Origin: Rhodospirillaceae bacterium
GTDB lineage: Bacteria > Pseudomonadota > Alphaproteobacteria > JAEUKQ01
Reading direction: 5' to 3'
NCBI GenBank assembly: GCA_016722635.1
Contig: JADKIX010000003.1
Span: 155,543-219,542 of the forward strand
DNA length: 64,000 nt
Numbering within the stretch: the first letter of the stretch is position 1; each line of letters opens with the position of its first letter. Position numbers and translations under genes: made by a program. This document shows, one piece after another, positions 29,635 to 40,947 of the stretch. The notes under the pieces were generated by a model. The model saw nothing but the letters and a program-made list of their open reading frames with translations. It did no database searches and was not told the origin of the DNA.

Positions 29635-29922
29635 TTATTTCACGACATATGGCAGTAAGGCTAAAAAGCGGGAACGTTTGATAGCCTGGGATAACACACG
29701 TTGCTTCTTACAAGAAACTGCACTAATCCGACTGGGGACGATTTTCCCCCGTTCGGACACAAATTTTTGAAGCAACCGCACATCTTTATAATCAATCTTC
29801 GGTGCTTTATCGCCTGAAAAAGGACATATTTTCCGACGACGGAAAAACGGACGTCGGGTGTTGCCACCTTCGCGACCACCGGATTGGCTTGAATAATCTT
29901 CTTGTTGTGGTGCCGGTTTCAT
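29635..29922 (-). CDS. rpsR: 30S ribosomal protein S18
   Basis: [15 protein letters not shown]...KIDYKD; overlaps rpsF stop by 4 nt (ATGA). Confidence 0.9.
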   Translation of the reverse strand: MKPAPQQEDYSSQSGGREGGNTRRPFFRRRKICPFSGDKAPKIDYKDVRLLQKFVSERGKIVPSRISAVSCKKQRVLSQAIKRSRFLALLPYVVK

Positions 29923-30338
29923 GAATTTTCTCCGCTATCGATAAGGTTGATTTCCGTTTCAGAATCAGCGTTTTCAGAGCGAGGTTTAAATGAACCTTCC
30001 CGTGAATATTCACGGTTACGGCTTTGCATCATTGCCGATGGCTCGGTTTCCAATTCTTCGACCTTTATGGTTAAATGACGCAGCAAATCTTCACTTAAAC
30101 CCATGTTGCGCTCCATTTCCAAAATGGCCGCTGGCGGGGCATCTAAATTAAAAAGAACATAGTGACCTTTTTTATTCTTCTTAATTGCATAAGCAAGATT
30201 CCTCAATCCCCAATATTCTTTCTTTGTTACTTGGCCACCTTGGGTGGTAACAATTGACGAAAAACGCTCAACCAAACTATCAACTTGTGAAGTTGTTAGA
30301 TCTTGGCGGGCAATAAAAATATTCTCATATAAAGCCAT
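29919..30338 (-). CDS. rpsF: 30S ribosomal protein S6
   Basis: [13 protein letters not shown]... S6 N-terminus. Confidence 0.9.
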   Translation of the reverse strand: MALYENIFIARQDLTTSQVDSLVERFSSIVTTQGGQVTKKEYWGLRNLAYAIKKNKKGHYVLFNLDAPPAAILEMERNMGLSEDLLRHLTIKVEELETEPSAMMQSRNREYSREGSFKPRSENADSETEINLIDSGENS

Positions 30339-30526
30339 AAAATCTCCCTATGGATTGTGTTCAATCTGATTTTTACAGATATAGCCAATTAGATAATTAT
30401 ATACATACTGGCAAGGAGCTAAAATAATTAGCAGCACCGCAGGGTAACGATTTGCTTTTCATAAAGCAAGGATAAAAACGGCCTATATTATTTAATTTGA
30501 TTTTTGTCAAAAAGAACAAAAGCTAT

Positions 30527-31876
30527 TTAACGAAGTCTTTTCGTGAATCGCAACCTGATCGGCACACCACGCATATCAAATTCATCCCGCAATCTGTTCA
30601 CAAGATATTTTTGATAGGATTCCGGAAGATTTTCTGTCAGGTTTGATAATATCATGAGTGTTGGCGGGCGGGTACTGGTTTGTTTAATAGCCTTAATATT
30701 CCATTGACGCCGGCTTACAAGCGGTGGCGGCATATTATCAATTGATTGACCCAACCATTGATTTAGTTGTTGATTCGTGAAAGACATGTTCCAAACATCG
30801 TAAATCTGAATAACTTCTTGAAGCAATAATTCTAAATTAAAAGAGGTTTTTGCTGAAACAGGCACAAAACGTATCCCCCTGCTCTGAGGAAGAGAATTTT
30901 CTAATTTTTTACGGAAATTAACCATAAAACTATTCTTGTCGGAAATAAGATCCCATTTATTTAAAGCAATAATAAGGGCTTTGCCTTCTTTCTCCGCTTG
31001 ATTAGCGATTGATAAATCTTGTCCTTCCAATCCCGAATTAATATCAACAACCAGGACAACAATATTTGCTTGTTTAATGGCTTTTTCAGTTTCGTCAGTT
31101 GAAATTCTCTCAAGTTCATCAAGAACTTTTGCCTTTTTCCGTAACCCGGCTGTATCGATTAATTCCAATTGATGACCACGATAGTTCCATTTTAGCCAAA
31201 TGGTATCCCGGGTTGTTCCTGCTTCCGGGCTGGTAATAAGCCTTTCTTCTTTAAGAAAGGCATTAATTAAGCTCGATTTACCAACATTCGGCCTACCAAT
31301 AATGGCTAATTTAATTGGAAAAACTTTTTTTTCTTCAGCGTTCAGTGCAATCGATAAAGAAGGGGAAGCTGTTAAGAATTTTTGATAACCTTGATAAATT
31401 GTCTGGTAAAGATCTGCTAAGCCAAGGCCGTGCTCTGCCGAAACAAACAACCCTTCCCCTAAACCAAGGTTATTTAAAGAGGATATTAAATCCGGGTCTA
31501 TTTTTCCTTCAATTTTGTTGGCAACCGCGCGGATCGGCTTTGAAAGTTTCCGTAACCGGTTAGCAATATCCCTATCCTCACCAATGACCCCCACCCGGCC
31601 GTCAACAACAAATAGTATTAAATCTACATTCTTTAAAACATCCCAGCTAATCGTTTGGGCTTTAGCAGATAAGGGGCTAGAAAAATGATTTTGGAAACCA
31701 GCCGTATCAACCAGTTTAAACTCCATATCCCCCCAACTGACAGTTTCTTCTTGCCAGTCACGGGTAACGCCCGGCTGATCATATACAATGGCGGCTTTAT
31801 GGCCAACTAATCTATTAAAAAGTGTCGACTTGCCGACATTCGGTCTGCCAACGATGGCAACAGTAAAATGAGTCAT
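30527..31876 (-). CDS. der: ribosome biogenesis GTPase Der (EngA)
   Basis: Two tandem GTPase domains (GRPNVGKST twice) plus KH-like C-terminus. Confidence 0.9.
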   Translation of the reverse strand: MTHFTVAIVGRPNVGKSTLFNRLVGHKAAIVYDQPGVTRDWQEETVSWGDMEFKLVDTAGFQNHFSSPLSAKAQTISWDVLKNVDLILFVVDGRVGVIGEDRDIANRLRKLSKPIRAVANKIEGKIDPDLISSLNNLGLGEGLFVSAEHGLGLADLYQTIYQGYQKFLTASPSLSIALNAEEKKVFPIKLAIIGRPNVGKSSLINAFLKEERLITSPEAGTTRDTIWLKWNYRGHQLELIDTAGLRKKAKVLDELERISTDETEKAIKQANIVVLVVDINSGLEGQDLSIANQAEKEGKALIIALNKWDLISDKNSFMVNFRKKLENSLPQSRGIRFVPVSAKTSFNLELLLQEVIQIYDVWNMSFTNQQLNQWLGQSIDNMPPPLVSRRQWNIKAIKQTSTRPPTLMILSNLTENLPESYQKYLVNRLRDEFDMRGVPIRLRFTKRLR

Positions 31877-32028
31877 GTATGGTATGGGTGAATGTCCGTT
31901 AAATTATTAAAATATAAAGGTAATTTCATTTACTTGTTTTGGCAAGAAACTGTGGTCGCAACATAATAATGACTATTTAGCACCCACCCGCAAAGCTAGT
32001 TTTTATAATTTATTGCTCCGCAAAACAT

Positions 32029-33423
32029 TTATTTAAAAGCTATGATAGTGCCATTCTTCATTGTTAATAACATAATGTTGTTAACAATAATCGGAGCCAT
32101 AACGAATCCATTATTGATTTTTTGCTTTGATATCAAATGGCCATCTTGGGGAGAAAGATAAAGAATTTCCCCAACCGAATTGGTGATGATAAGATTTTCC
32201 TGTGCAATAACCGGCCCAAACCACTGAATATCCTGCCGTGTCTGTTTTTTATCCAAAAAATCAGGCAAAGATTTAGACCAATAGACGCGCCCACTGCCAC
32301 GTTGAACAGCCAGCAATTCCTTACGGTCAGTTAAAATAAACAAATGATCCCCTGCTATCCAAGGCGTCTGGTCAGAGCCAATCTGCAATTCCCACTGACG
32401 CCCTCCCCGTATGAGATCAAAAGCTACCAATAACGAATTATGGTTAATGACCAGTACTAATTCCTTATCAATGATAACCCCTGCTTTAACGCTGCTAAGA
32501 TTAGCAACCGACCCACCAAATTTGGAGGCGCTAATGCTGTCAGTCCACAACAACTGGCCGGTCTCTGCCCTTAACCCGAATATTTCCCCTGAATTAAATG
32601 CCACAACCACTATGTCTCCGGCAACAGCAACCGCCGGTGATCCAACCAATGTTGGATTTTCTTGTGAGCCTTTATAAAACCATAAAATACCGCCAGTATC
32701 TTCTTCTAGAGCAACCAAACGGCCGTCCATAGTGGTAATGAAGATTTTTTTATTATATAAGACAGGACTAGAATGAATAGGAGCCGCAAGATATGTTGCC
32801 CATAGTTTTTTCCCATTTTTAGCATCAAGAGCTATTATTTTGCCAAAAGGACTTGCGAGATATAGTGTCAGCCCATCTTCCTTTACGGATAATCCTACCC
32901 CCGTAAATTCATCTGTTTCCCCGTAAATTTTTAAATTCAGCCGCCATTTAATTCTTCCCGTACCTAAATCAAGGGCTGAAACAAACATATTACCATTGAC
33001 GATGAAGACGCTGTCATTCGCTACCACAGGCCCAGTTAATAAAAAATGTCGCCCGTCTTGCCCAAGGCCAATATTAGTCCGCCAAAATTCTTTAGGTTGG
33101 TCCGTAAAAGATAAATGATCAGGATTATGGCTTGCATTTGCATGAAACTGGGGCCAGTTTACTAAATTTTTCGGAGATGGCAAAATAATCTTTGTATGAG
33201 CCAATTCCCGATCACCTTCCGTACGACCTAATTCTTGTAAAACATCGATTCGTTCGCCCGGCAAATGGGGTTGTTTCTTCTCAGCACCCCACCAACCACA
33301 AGCTGATAATGTCAATAAAAACAGGCCTGATACAACCCAACCCTTGCAATGACTTCCCATTAACGAACCTTTCATCTTCAAATCTGAATTAATCATTCCA
33401 AACGCCCTAATTAGATTATTCAA
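32029..33423 (-). CDS. bamB: outer-membrane assembly lipoprotein BamB (PQQ-repeat beta-propeller)
   Basis: Lipobox LTLSAC; PQQ-like repeats; yfgM-bamB-der synteny; true start probably at internal Met (about 33375). Confidence 0.8.
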   Translation of the reverse strand: MNNLIRAFGMINSDLKMKGSLMGSHCKGWVVSGLFLLTLSACGWWGAEKKQPHLPGERIDVLQELGRTEGDRELAHTKIILPSPKNLVNWPQFHANASHNPDHLSFTDQPKEFWRTNIGLGQDGRHFLLTGPVVANDSVFIVNGNMFVSALDLGTGRIKWRLNLKIYGETDEFTGVGLSVKEDGLTLYLASPFGKIIALDAKNGKKLWATYLAAPIHSSPVLYNKKIFITTMDGRLVALEEDTGGILWFYKGSQENPTLVGSPAVAVAGDIVVVAFNSGEIFGLRAETGQLLWTDSISASKFGGSVANLSSVKAGVIIDKELVLVINHNSLLVAFDLIRGGRQWELQIGSDQTPWIAGDHLFILTDRKELLAVQRGSGRVYWSKSLPDFLDKKQTRQDIQWFGPVIAQENLIITNSVGEILYLSPQDGHLISKQKINNGFVMAPIIVNNIMLLTMKNGTIIAFK

Positions 33424-34075
33424 TTGTTTTTAACAATTCCGTTAACCGCCGACGCATATTAACAGGAGCGTTCGGATTGTCTATTATCCTTATAATCCCC
33501 TGCTTGGCCTCTAAGATTTGCCCAAGTTTCAGATGAAGCAAGATTCGCACCTCATTAATGGATAGGGCTAAAGCAAGAGGGGTGGGAGCTTTTAAAGACT
33601 TTTCCAAGGTTCTATTCATGTCGGCTAAGCTATCGGCATTTATTTCCGGCATTCCAATAAGCAATAAAGCCTGTTTGATCATGGATAGTTGACGGTAGGG
33701 ATAAAATACCCCTTGATCTTCGCTAATACCCTTATAAAGATTGATCGCTGCTTCTAGCTTACCCGATTTAACACGCAAAGCTGCTAATTCAAACCTTGCC
33801 AGCATAGAGTAGCCGTCTTCATACTTCACCAGATTTAGTAATAAATCTTCAGCGTTGGTGTAATTCCCGGAGGCAATGATGTCTTGTGCATTTTGATATA
33901 TTATTGCCCTTTCATACTGTCGGTTTTCCTGCTGTTGCCGCCACCAAACCAGAATAACAGTTAGTAAGATGATCGCTAAAATTATCGTTAGAAGCCAAGA
34001 TCCGTATTTCTTCCAAATTTTAGACATTTGGTCACGACGGATATCTTCTTCAATTTCTCTAAAAATTTCATTCAA
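33416..34075 (-). CDS. yfgM: YfgM-like membrane-anchored TPR protein
   Basis: N-terminal TM then TPR-like helices; located upstream of bamB-der. Confidence 0.6.
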   Translation of the reverse strand: MNEIFREIEEDIRRDQMSKIWKKYGSWLLTIILAIILLTVILVWWRQQQENRQYERAIIYQNAQDIIASGNYTNAEDLLLNLVKYEDGYSMLARFELAALRVKSGKLEAAINLYKGISEDQGVFYPYRQLSMIKQALLLIGMPEINADSLADMNRTLEKSLKAPTPLALALSINEVRILLHLKLGQILEAKQGIIRIIDNPNAPVNMRRRLTELLKTIE

Positions 34076-34457
34076 AAGTATCTCTCCTATCTTTGCGGCA
34101 TTATCTTATCGCAGTGGGACAAGAATTAAAAAACCTTTTTTTAATTAAATTTGGTGTGCCAACATTGGCGCAACATTATTCCAGTTACAATTTTTTAAGC
34201 TAAAATAGATTGCGTCCAATCAAAATATAGCCATATCCCATTGGATAAGAAAATTCTCAGCAAAATTAAACTTGGATTATAGATACGAATTTTGCAAATC
34301 AGGCAAGATACTTTTTGCATTATTTGTGATTAAAAAACTTGCTCTTCACTAAAATTTATATTTAGTATTAATAGTATATTGTTTAAAAAATAACACAACA
34401 TATAGCATGTTTTATTGGCAAACCTTTCGCGCAACAACCAACAAAGAAGTAATAGAA

Positions 34458-34829
34458 ATGGCCTGGACAGATCAACGCGTAGAAATGCTTAAGAAATTTT
34501 GGTTACAAGGGTTTTCTGCAAGTCAGATTGCTAAAAAGCTTGGGGGAGTTACAAGAAATGCGGTCATCGGCAAAGCCCATCGGATGGGTTTAACAGGAAG
34601 GCTGTCCCCCATTAAACGTCAAGAAGTGAAAACTTCAATTGAAATTTTTCAAACTGATTTAAAGCCGTTAGCAGATACGCAAGCTATTAAAAAACCTTGT
34701 ATGTGGCCAGTCGGTGACCCTAAACAGTCGGATTTTCATTTTTGTGGCCACGACTCGGAAGTTGGAAGACCTTATTGTACCGAACATTGTGTTATTGCAT
34801 ATAACCGAAAACATGAGTCAGCCGCATAA
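34458..34829 (+). CDS. gcrA: cell-cycle transcriptional regulator GcrA
   Basis: MAWTDQRVEMLKKFWLQGFSASQIAKKLGGVTRNAVIGKAHRMGL and C-terminal CMWPVGDP...FCG...PYCTEHC motifs are diagnostic GcrA; start set at internal Met. Confidence 0.85.
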   Translation: MAWTDQRVEMLKKFWLQGFSASQIAKKLGGVTRNAVIGKAHRMGLTGRLSPIKRQEVKTSIEIFQTDLKPLADTQAIKKPCMWPVGDPKQSDFHFCGHDSEVGRPYCTEHCVIAYNRKHESAA

Positions 34830-34921
34830 AAATTTATCGTTTAAATCTTATTTATTAAAAACGGTTTAAATCATAAGGCATTACTGAAAAAACATTCTCA
34901 GCAGCCTTACTTGAGGCTCTG

Positions 34922-35503
34922 CTAAGTTTTATATGATGATGGTGCTGGCTGGCCTAGATCTTGCATGGCTGGTAAATCGACATAATATTGACGACTTGCA
35001 GTTTCCGTTACCCCTTGAATCCCTACCAAAAGCATTCCCGGCTTATTCGGATCATCTACGCTAAGGGGTAACGTCATTCTTTCATAAACCAAGTATTTCT
35101 CACCACGTCGCTTAAGATTTACCCGATAAAAATTTGGAGCAGCTGTTTTGGCCGCCTCTTTAAAAGCATGGATAGTTGCATGACGTTGAAAATTATCACT
35201 TAGTTCGTTGGCCCAATGCCCCTGAAGACTACATCTGCTGATTTTATCAAGTTCCGCACCGCTTAAGCGGTAGCGAAAAAGAAATGGCTGGTTACCTGTG
35301 GGATCAGGGTAAATTTCAATTAGCAAAATCCAGCCCAACATAAAAACCAAGTCCACCGGGTTAACATCCGAACGTGCAGGCATAAGCCGCCCATTTCGTA
35401 AATTATTCCAGTAATCAAATAATTTCATTAATTTGTTGTTCTGTATTTCAGCCAAGCTCAGAACAGCCATTTCACCTTCGATTATATCATTTTCTTCAGC
35501 CAT
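34922..35503 (-). CDS. small PAS-domain protein (PAS_5-like)
   Basis: 193 aa, alphaproteobacterial stand-alone PAS family. Confidence 0.5.
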   Translation of the reverse strand: MAEENDIIEGEMAVLSLAEIQNNKLMKLFDYWNNLRNGRLMPARSDVNPVDLVFMLGWILLIEIYPDPTGNQPFLFRYRLSGAELDKISRCSLQGHWANELSDNFQRHATIHAFKEAAKTAAPNFYRVNLKRRGEKYLVYERMTLPLSVDDPNKPGMLLVGIQGVTETASRQYYVDLPAMQDLGQPAPSSYKT

Positions 35504-35593
35504 TCTAAATCCTCAGTATCTATGAATTAGAGGGTAGGGTATCTGCTAATTATTAACAAAAGGTTAACAAATTATTTCCAATGAAGTCTTTTG

Positions 35594-36931
35594 CTATTCT
35601 GTTTTCTTTTCCAATATTGCTCCAAAGAAACCATCTGTGTGATGGGTAAACGGTAAAAGTTTTAGATAATCTTCATTTTTTTGTGTCAAAGGCATTAAAG
35701 AAATTAGCTGGTGATAGTGAAGCCAGTCAGCAATTTTATAAAGTTTAAAGGACTGAGATTTTTGTAAAAATTTGTTAACAACGGCTTCGTTTTCCAAACT
35801 AAACAATGAGCATGTTGAATAAACAATTTGCCCCCCCTTTTTAACTAATTGTGCAGCATCCATTAAAAGCTTTTCTTGAATTGCGGATAAATCTTTGAGT
35901 TGAGATTCCTCTACCCGCCATCTTGCTTCTGGATTGCGCCGCCATGTGCCACTACCGCTGCAAGGAGCATCAATCAAAACAAGATCAAAATTTTCGATAT
36001 GCCTTTTCATCCATTGATTAGCATCTTCAGGAAGCAATTGGCATTTTGCATTATGTACCCCCGCCCTAGCCAGTCTTTTACGCGCCCTTTCAAGCCTATC
36101 TTCATGAATATCCAAAGCAAGGATAAAACCTTTATTTTGCATCATTCCAGCTAAAGCTAAGGTTTTTCCGCCTGCTCCTGCACAAAAATCTAGCACCCGC
36201 ATCCCGGGTTTTACCTGGGTTAATAAAGCAATAATTTGAGAGCCTTCATCTTGAATTTCCACCTCCCCTTTTTGAAATTCTGTTGATGCGGTAATACTAA
36301 TCTTATTTTTTATGCGCAAACCCCAGGGAGAATAAGGGGTTAAATTTACAGGAATTTTTTGTTCTGCTAATCTACGATAAATATCTTCTTTCTGAGCTTT
36401 AAGGGTGTTAACCCTTAAATCTAAGAAAGCTTGCTCAGAAAAGCTGCTTAACAATTCTTTTAAAACATGTGGATATTCAAGAGAAAGCAATTGGTAAACC
36501 CATTCAGGCACTTCAAAACGGACATATTCCGGTCCATTCATTAGTTTTTCTGCCCATTTGTGTCGTGCCAATATTTCAAGTAATTTTATTTCAGGTGCAG
36601 AGAGCATTTCTGGGCCAAATTGTTGGCCAAAATGGTTTTTTATCCTTTCAAAAGACTGATTTTTAATAACACTGAGATAGGTCAGCACCAACAAACGAAT
36701 TCGTTCCAATTGATTTTTTGGAAATACATTCGTTTGATTGATTACCCAATGCAACCTTGCATGGTGGCGCAGAACATCATAAACGAAATCACCCATATGG
36801 CGCCGATCATGACTGCCCATAAAATGATTGGCCCGAAAAAAAGATGTGCAAATTCTATCTGCAGCCTTACGTGTACTATATATTTCCTCTAGTAAAACAA
36901 TAACGGAGTGGATAAATGGCGCTTCTCTCAT
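35594..36931 (-). CDS. rsmB: RsmB/Sun-family RNA m5C methyltransferase
   Basis: DFCAGAGGKT SAM motif, DAPCSGSGTWRRNPE catalytic motif. Confidence 0.8.
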   Translation of the reverse strand: MREAPFIHSVIVLLEEIYSTRKAADRICTSFFRANHFMGSHDRRHMGDFVYDVLRHHARLHWVINQTNVFPKNQLERIRLLVLTYLSVIKNQSFERIKNHFGQQFGPEMLSAPEIKLLEILARHKWAEKLMNGPEYVRFEVPEWVYQLLSLEYPHVLKELLSSFSEQAFLDLRVNTLKAQKEDIYRRLAEQKIPVNLTPYSPWGLRIKNKISITASTEFQKGEVEIQDEGSQIIALLTQVKPGMRVLDFCAGAGGKTLALAGMMQNKGFILALDIHEDRLERARKRLARAGVHNAKCQLLPEDANQWMKRHIENFDLVLIDAPCSGSGTWRRNPEARWRVEESQLKDLSAIQEKLLMDAAQLVKKGGQIVYSTCSLFSLENEAVVNKFLQKSQSFKLYKIADWLHYHQLISLMPLTQKNEDYLKLLPFTHHTDGFFGAILEKKTE

Positions 36932-37206
36932 CTTTGGCCAACTTTTGTATTGTTGATATTTTTATACACTTTCTGCACCTTAAAAATCTCCTTTGCAAGT
37001 TAGTTTATAATAAAAAGCTTTAATTGTTTCATAAGACAGAGGCTTTAATTCTACTTTCGTTCAATGAATATTTTTACTGCAGCATTTTTACAAGTTGCTT
37101 TAATCACCATAACGCAAGGATATTTTTAATGCACTGTTCTTAATCTTTTAGTAACCGTATCGGTTTTAGGATGTTTTTTTATAATTTAGTACGTTAGTAT
37201 TGCATC

Positions 37207-38672
37207 ATGCCTAAACCATTTAAAATTTTATTTTTGATAGAACTGCTACTCTTACCTATTTTATGGGGCTGTACTTCTTCGAAAAACGATAGTTTAACTT
37301 CCACACAATCTTCTTCTAACCTCGATGAAAATTTATTAGAAGAAGGGATTATGGATGTTATCGATTTGCATCTTGAGGTCAGCGATCCGAAAACTCTGGT
37401 TGAACGGGCATTGAAAGGGGTTATCCAGCAATCTTCTTCGCTAAATATTATTACATATAAGAATGCGATTTTATTAGAAAAAAATCATCAATTTTTGGCT
37501 CGCTTTACATCTCCATATTCGCAAGATACGGAAGAATGGGTTAATTTTGCTAACACAATAATTGCCAAGGCGCGGCAATCTGATCCCCAACTATCTGCCA
37601 TGAGCCAGGATAGTTTGCACAAGGTTTTCTTTAACACCATACTAAAATCCTTGGATCCCTATTCAAGATATGTAGATCCTTTTGAAGCCCACGTTAACAG
37701 ATTGATGCGCGAAGGAAATAATCTAGGCATTCTAATATCAAAGAACCCTACCGGAATTGTGATTGCAGCCCTTATAGCCCAAGGCAGTGCTGCAAATGCA
37801 GGGTTAAAGAAGGAAGATTACATCATAGCTATCAATGGCAAATCTTTGCATGCACTGGACATTCCCCAAATTTATCAATTATTATATGATCCAAGTCTTA
37901 ATCCTCTTTCCTTAACTATTCAGCGCGATAGTTCCACGCCCTTTGAAATTACGATTGATCAATCACATAACAAAAATACATCGGTCAAGGTTTTTGTTCA
38001 GGACAAAATCCTTTACATAAAAATTACTAATTTCAACGAATTAACCGTACCACTTATATTGGATAAAACCACTCCTATCCTGGCAAATATGCAACAAGAT
38101 TTAGAAGGTGTTGTTTTAGATCTACGCAGCAATCCGGGGGTCTACTATTGCCAGCCGTTGAAGCGGCTGACTTATTCCTCGATCAAGGTGTTATCACTAT
38201 TGTCAAAGGGCGCAATCCACAAAGTTATCAATTTTTTGAAGCAACAGAGGGTGATCATTTCCATCGTTTGCCCACGGTAGTTATCATTAATGGCAGAAGT
38301 GCCTCTGCTGCAGAGATTCTTACCGCGGCTTTAAAGGATAATAAAAGGGCGATCATCATTGGTTCCACTTCCTACGGGAAAGGAACCGTCCAAACTATCC
38401 CCTCCCTATCAAATAACGCAGAAATATCCATTACCTGGGCAAATTTTTATTCGCCTAACGGTAGCCCCATTAATATTAAAGGAATTATTCCTCACTTTTG
38501 TACCCAGGATATAGTTGAAACAACCATTGACAAGCAACTAGAAGGCTATTACTTGCAAGAAAAGCCATCGAACGCAACATGCGCTAAAAGCACGGCGGTA
38601 CGCAACATAGAGGAATTGGTTGCCAAGAAATTAATAAAAAGTGGAAGATTTGCACAGCTATTACTTCAGTGA
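37207..38672 (+). CDS. ctpA: S41 carboxyl-terminal processing protease, frame interrupted in a G5 tract (38136..38140)
   Basis: ORF 37207..38280 (PDZ region, LDLRSNPG) and ORF 38148..38672 (AVEAADLFLDQGVITI...SASAAEI...SYGKGTVQ). Adding one G gives canonical LDLRSNPGGLLL-AVEAADLF. Confidence 0.75.
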
Positions 38673-38757
38673 ATTTGGCAAGTTATCCAATAAAGGCCTC
38701 ACCCTTTATCAATAATACGGCTTTACCCAATAAAAAAACTTGCCTCAGCTAAATCAT

Positions 38758-38925
38758 CTATTTAATTTTGGCTTCTTTGAAGTCCACATGCTTCTTAACT
38801 ACCGGATCATATTTACGGAATTGCAATTTTTCTGTTGAGGTGCGGGGATTCTTTTTGGTAACGTAGAAGTAACCCGTATCCGCCGAGCTAACTAATCTGA
38901 TCATTACACGACCTGTTTTTGCCAT
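38758..38925 (-). CDS. rpmG: 50S ribosomal protein L33
   Basis: Reverse-strand 55-aa [58 protein letters not shown]; below the ORF-track length cutoff. Confidence 0.85.
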   Translation of the reverse strand: MAKTGRVMIRLVSSADTGYFYVTKKNPRTSTEKLQFRKYDPVVKKHVDFKEAKIK

Positions 38926-39057
38926 AGAAATAAATCCCTTATCCGGTTAAAATAACACAAAGCGACTGCAGAAGAATTATGTGGTTTCCATATTCTGTCA
39001 AGCAAAATTCAACAATATTTTACTAAAAAACGTTTTAGTGGGTTTTATAGCGCAATT

Positions 39058-40434
39058 TTATGAAACAATAACTGACTGATCATTATCAGCAGGTTTTTGT
39101 TTAGCATCTAACAGTGCTTTTTCAGCTTTCTGTAAAAAACTGCCAGAAGTTAAGTTGGCCCCAGAAGATGAGGTAATGCCTAAAGAAATTTTTATTTTAA
39201 TTGCCTGTTGATCTTGAAACAAAGACTGCTTTACTAAATATTGTCTCAGTTTTTTTGCAAATTGTACGGCAACTTCCGTTGGGGTATCCATCGTTAAAAT
39301 TGCCAAATCATGAGAACCCATACGGATCAATAAATCTGAAATCGATATATAGGCAGAAATTTTTTTACCTATTTCACCCATCATCTTCTCTATGTCCGCA
39401 AGGGATGTTTTAGGGGTTGTCCCCTCACCTATAAAATCAATCGACATCATGATCAAGGAAACCGGCCTCGCCATTTGTATAGCATTCTTAATGGAGCCTT
39501 CTAAATATCGGAGTAAATATTTTTTATTATAAAGACCTGTTGAATGGTCAATAAAAGTTGCAGAAACGCTCATGTTCTGCAATGACTTTAATCTTTCTGA
39601 GCAGGAGCTTTTTCTTAATTGTGTCTTGCAGCGTAATAATACTTCAGCTTTTTCGATGGGCCTCAAGAAATAATCACTTGCACCCATATCTAACCCAGCT
39701 ACAAATTTTAATAATTGGCTTTCATCACCGGTCAATAAAATGGGTATACGGCGGGTTAAGTCTTCTGACCTTAAAAAAGATAAAAGTTCTAGATTTTTAT
39801 TATTTTCCAAGCCTAAACTTAAAATAATTAGAGAATAATCATGGGTATGGATTGCTTTAACTACATCTTGATCGTTATTTATATAGGTAACTTTGCTTTT
39901 GACGTCTTCTAAAGTTTTCTTTATCTTCTCCCCAGTTGAGCCGGATTCATGGATAAGTAAGATGTCATCATAGGCAAGATCATCCTCAATGCTTGTATTG
40001 CTGCTTGGAAGCAGATAAAAATCGCCTAAGGTTTTTTCTCTGGTATTTAGCTCATCAAGTAAAAATTTAAGCTGCAAGAGGGAACGTACCCTTGCGAATA
40101 AAGCAATGTCATTAATCGGCTTCGTTAAGAAATCATCTGCCCCTACCTCTAAACTACGCACGCGATGTTGGATGTCACCGAAGGCAGTTATCATTACCAC
40201 TGGTAAATCAGCTATCACACTATTAGAACGTATCCGTTGACATACTTCAAATCCATCCATTTCCGGCATCATCACGTCTAATAAAACCAAGTCCACATGC
40301 TGCTGATTAAGTATATCTAAAGCTTTCTGACCTGAATTAACCAAAATCACCTGGAAATTTTCAATAACTAATTTCGCTTCTAATAAGCGTAGATTTGGGA
40401 GGATGTCATCAACAACAAGAATACATGCTGGCAT
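39058..40434 (-). CDS. pleD: PleD-like response regulator (REC-REC-GGDEF) with degenerate GGDEF motif
   Basis: REC1 with DVMMPEMDG, adaptor REC2, C-terminal GGDEF-fold in which RYGGEEF is replaced by RMGSHDL; start set at Met 4 nt downstream of divK stop. Confidence 0.75.
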   Translation of the reverse strand: MPACILVVDDILPNLRLLEAKLVIENFQVILVNSGQKALDILNQQHVDLVLLDVMMPEMDGFEVCQRIRSNSVIADLPVVMITAFGDIQHRVRSLEVGADDFLTKPINDIALFARVRSLLQLKFLLDELNTREKTLGDFYLLPSSNTSIEDDLAYDDILLIHESGSTGEKIKKTLEDVKSKVTYINNDQDVVKAIHTHDYSLIILSLGLENNKNLELLSFLRSEDLTRRIPILLTGDESQLLKFVAGLDMGASDYFLRPIEKAEVLLRCKTQLRKSSCSERLKSLQNMSVSATFIDHSTGLYNKKYLLRYLEGSIKNAIQMARPVSLIMMSIDFIGEGTTPKTSLADIEKMMGEIGKKISAYISISDLLIRMGSHDLAILTMDTPTEVAVQFAKKLRQYLVKQSLFQDQQAIKIKISLGITSSSGANLTSGSFLQKAEKALLDAKQKPADNDQSVIVS

Positions 40435-40438
40435 AAAA

Positions 40439-40837
40439 TTAATCTTTCTTCGCAGATGCAGCAAGATGATGCTGGATTGTTTGTAAAAATGGCACAATGG
40501 ATATAGGCTTGGCAATATAGCCTTCACAGCCGCTTTCTCTTATTCGTTGTTCATCGCCTTTCATGGCAAAGGCCGTAACAGCTATAATGGGAATTTTCTT
40601 TAGTTTTTCATCATCTTTAATCCATTTTGTTACTTCAAGACCCGAAATTTCTGGAAGTTGAATATCCATTAATATTAAGTCAGGGAAGTGCATATGGGCA
40701 AGTTTAAGTGCTTCAATTCCTTGTCTAGCTTGAATAATTTCATATCCCTGGGCTTCAAGCAAATCGTTGAATAAGCGCATATTCAGCTCATTATCTTCAA
40801 CAATCAAAATTTTCTTTTTTATTGGGATTTTATTCAT
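40439..40837 (-). CDS. divK: single-domain response regulator DivK
   Basis: [16 protein letters not shown]...[14 protein letters not shown]...[16 protein letters not shown]; divK-pleD operon order. Confidence 0.8.
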   Translation of the reverse strand: MNKIPIKKKILIVEDNELNMRLFNDLLEAQGYEIIQARQGIEALKLAHMHFPDLILMDIQLPEISGLEVTKWIKDDEKLKKIPIIAVTAFAMKGDEQRIRESGCEGYIAKPISIVPFLQTIQHHLAASAKKD

Positions 40838-40947
40838 TTTTAGAAACTTGTATGACCCTTTAATAAATTTCCTTATGGAGATTGATTGCCGCAAATTTTA
40901 TTGATCAATTACCCATTGTAATCCGGCATTTTCCTGTCTTATATTCT

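Noticed and set aside
34076-34457. CtrA-box (TTAA-N7-TTAAC) search in the 380-bp region upstream of gcrA
   Set aside because: Several TTAA half-sites but no full-spacing match found by eye; cannot support a site call without a position weight matrix scan
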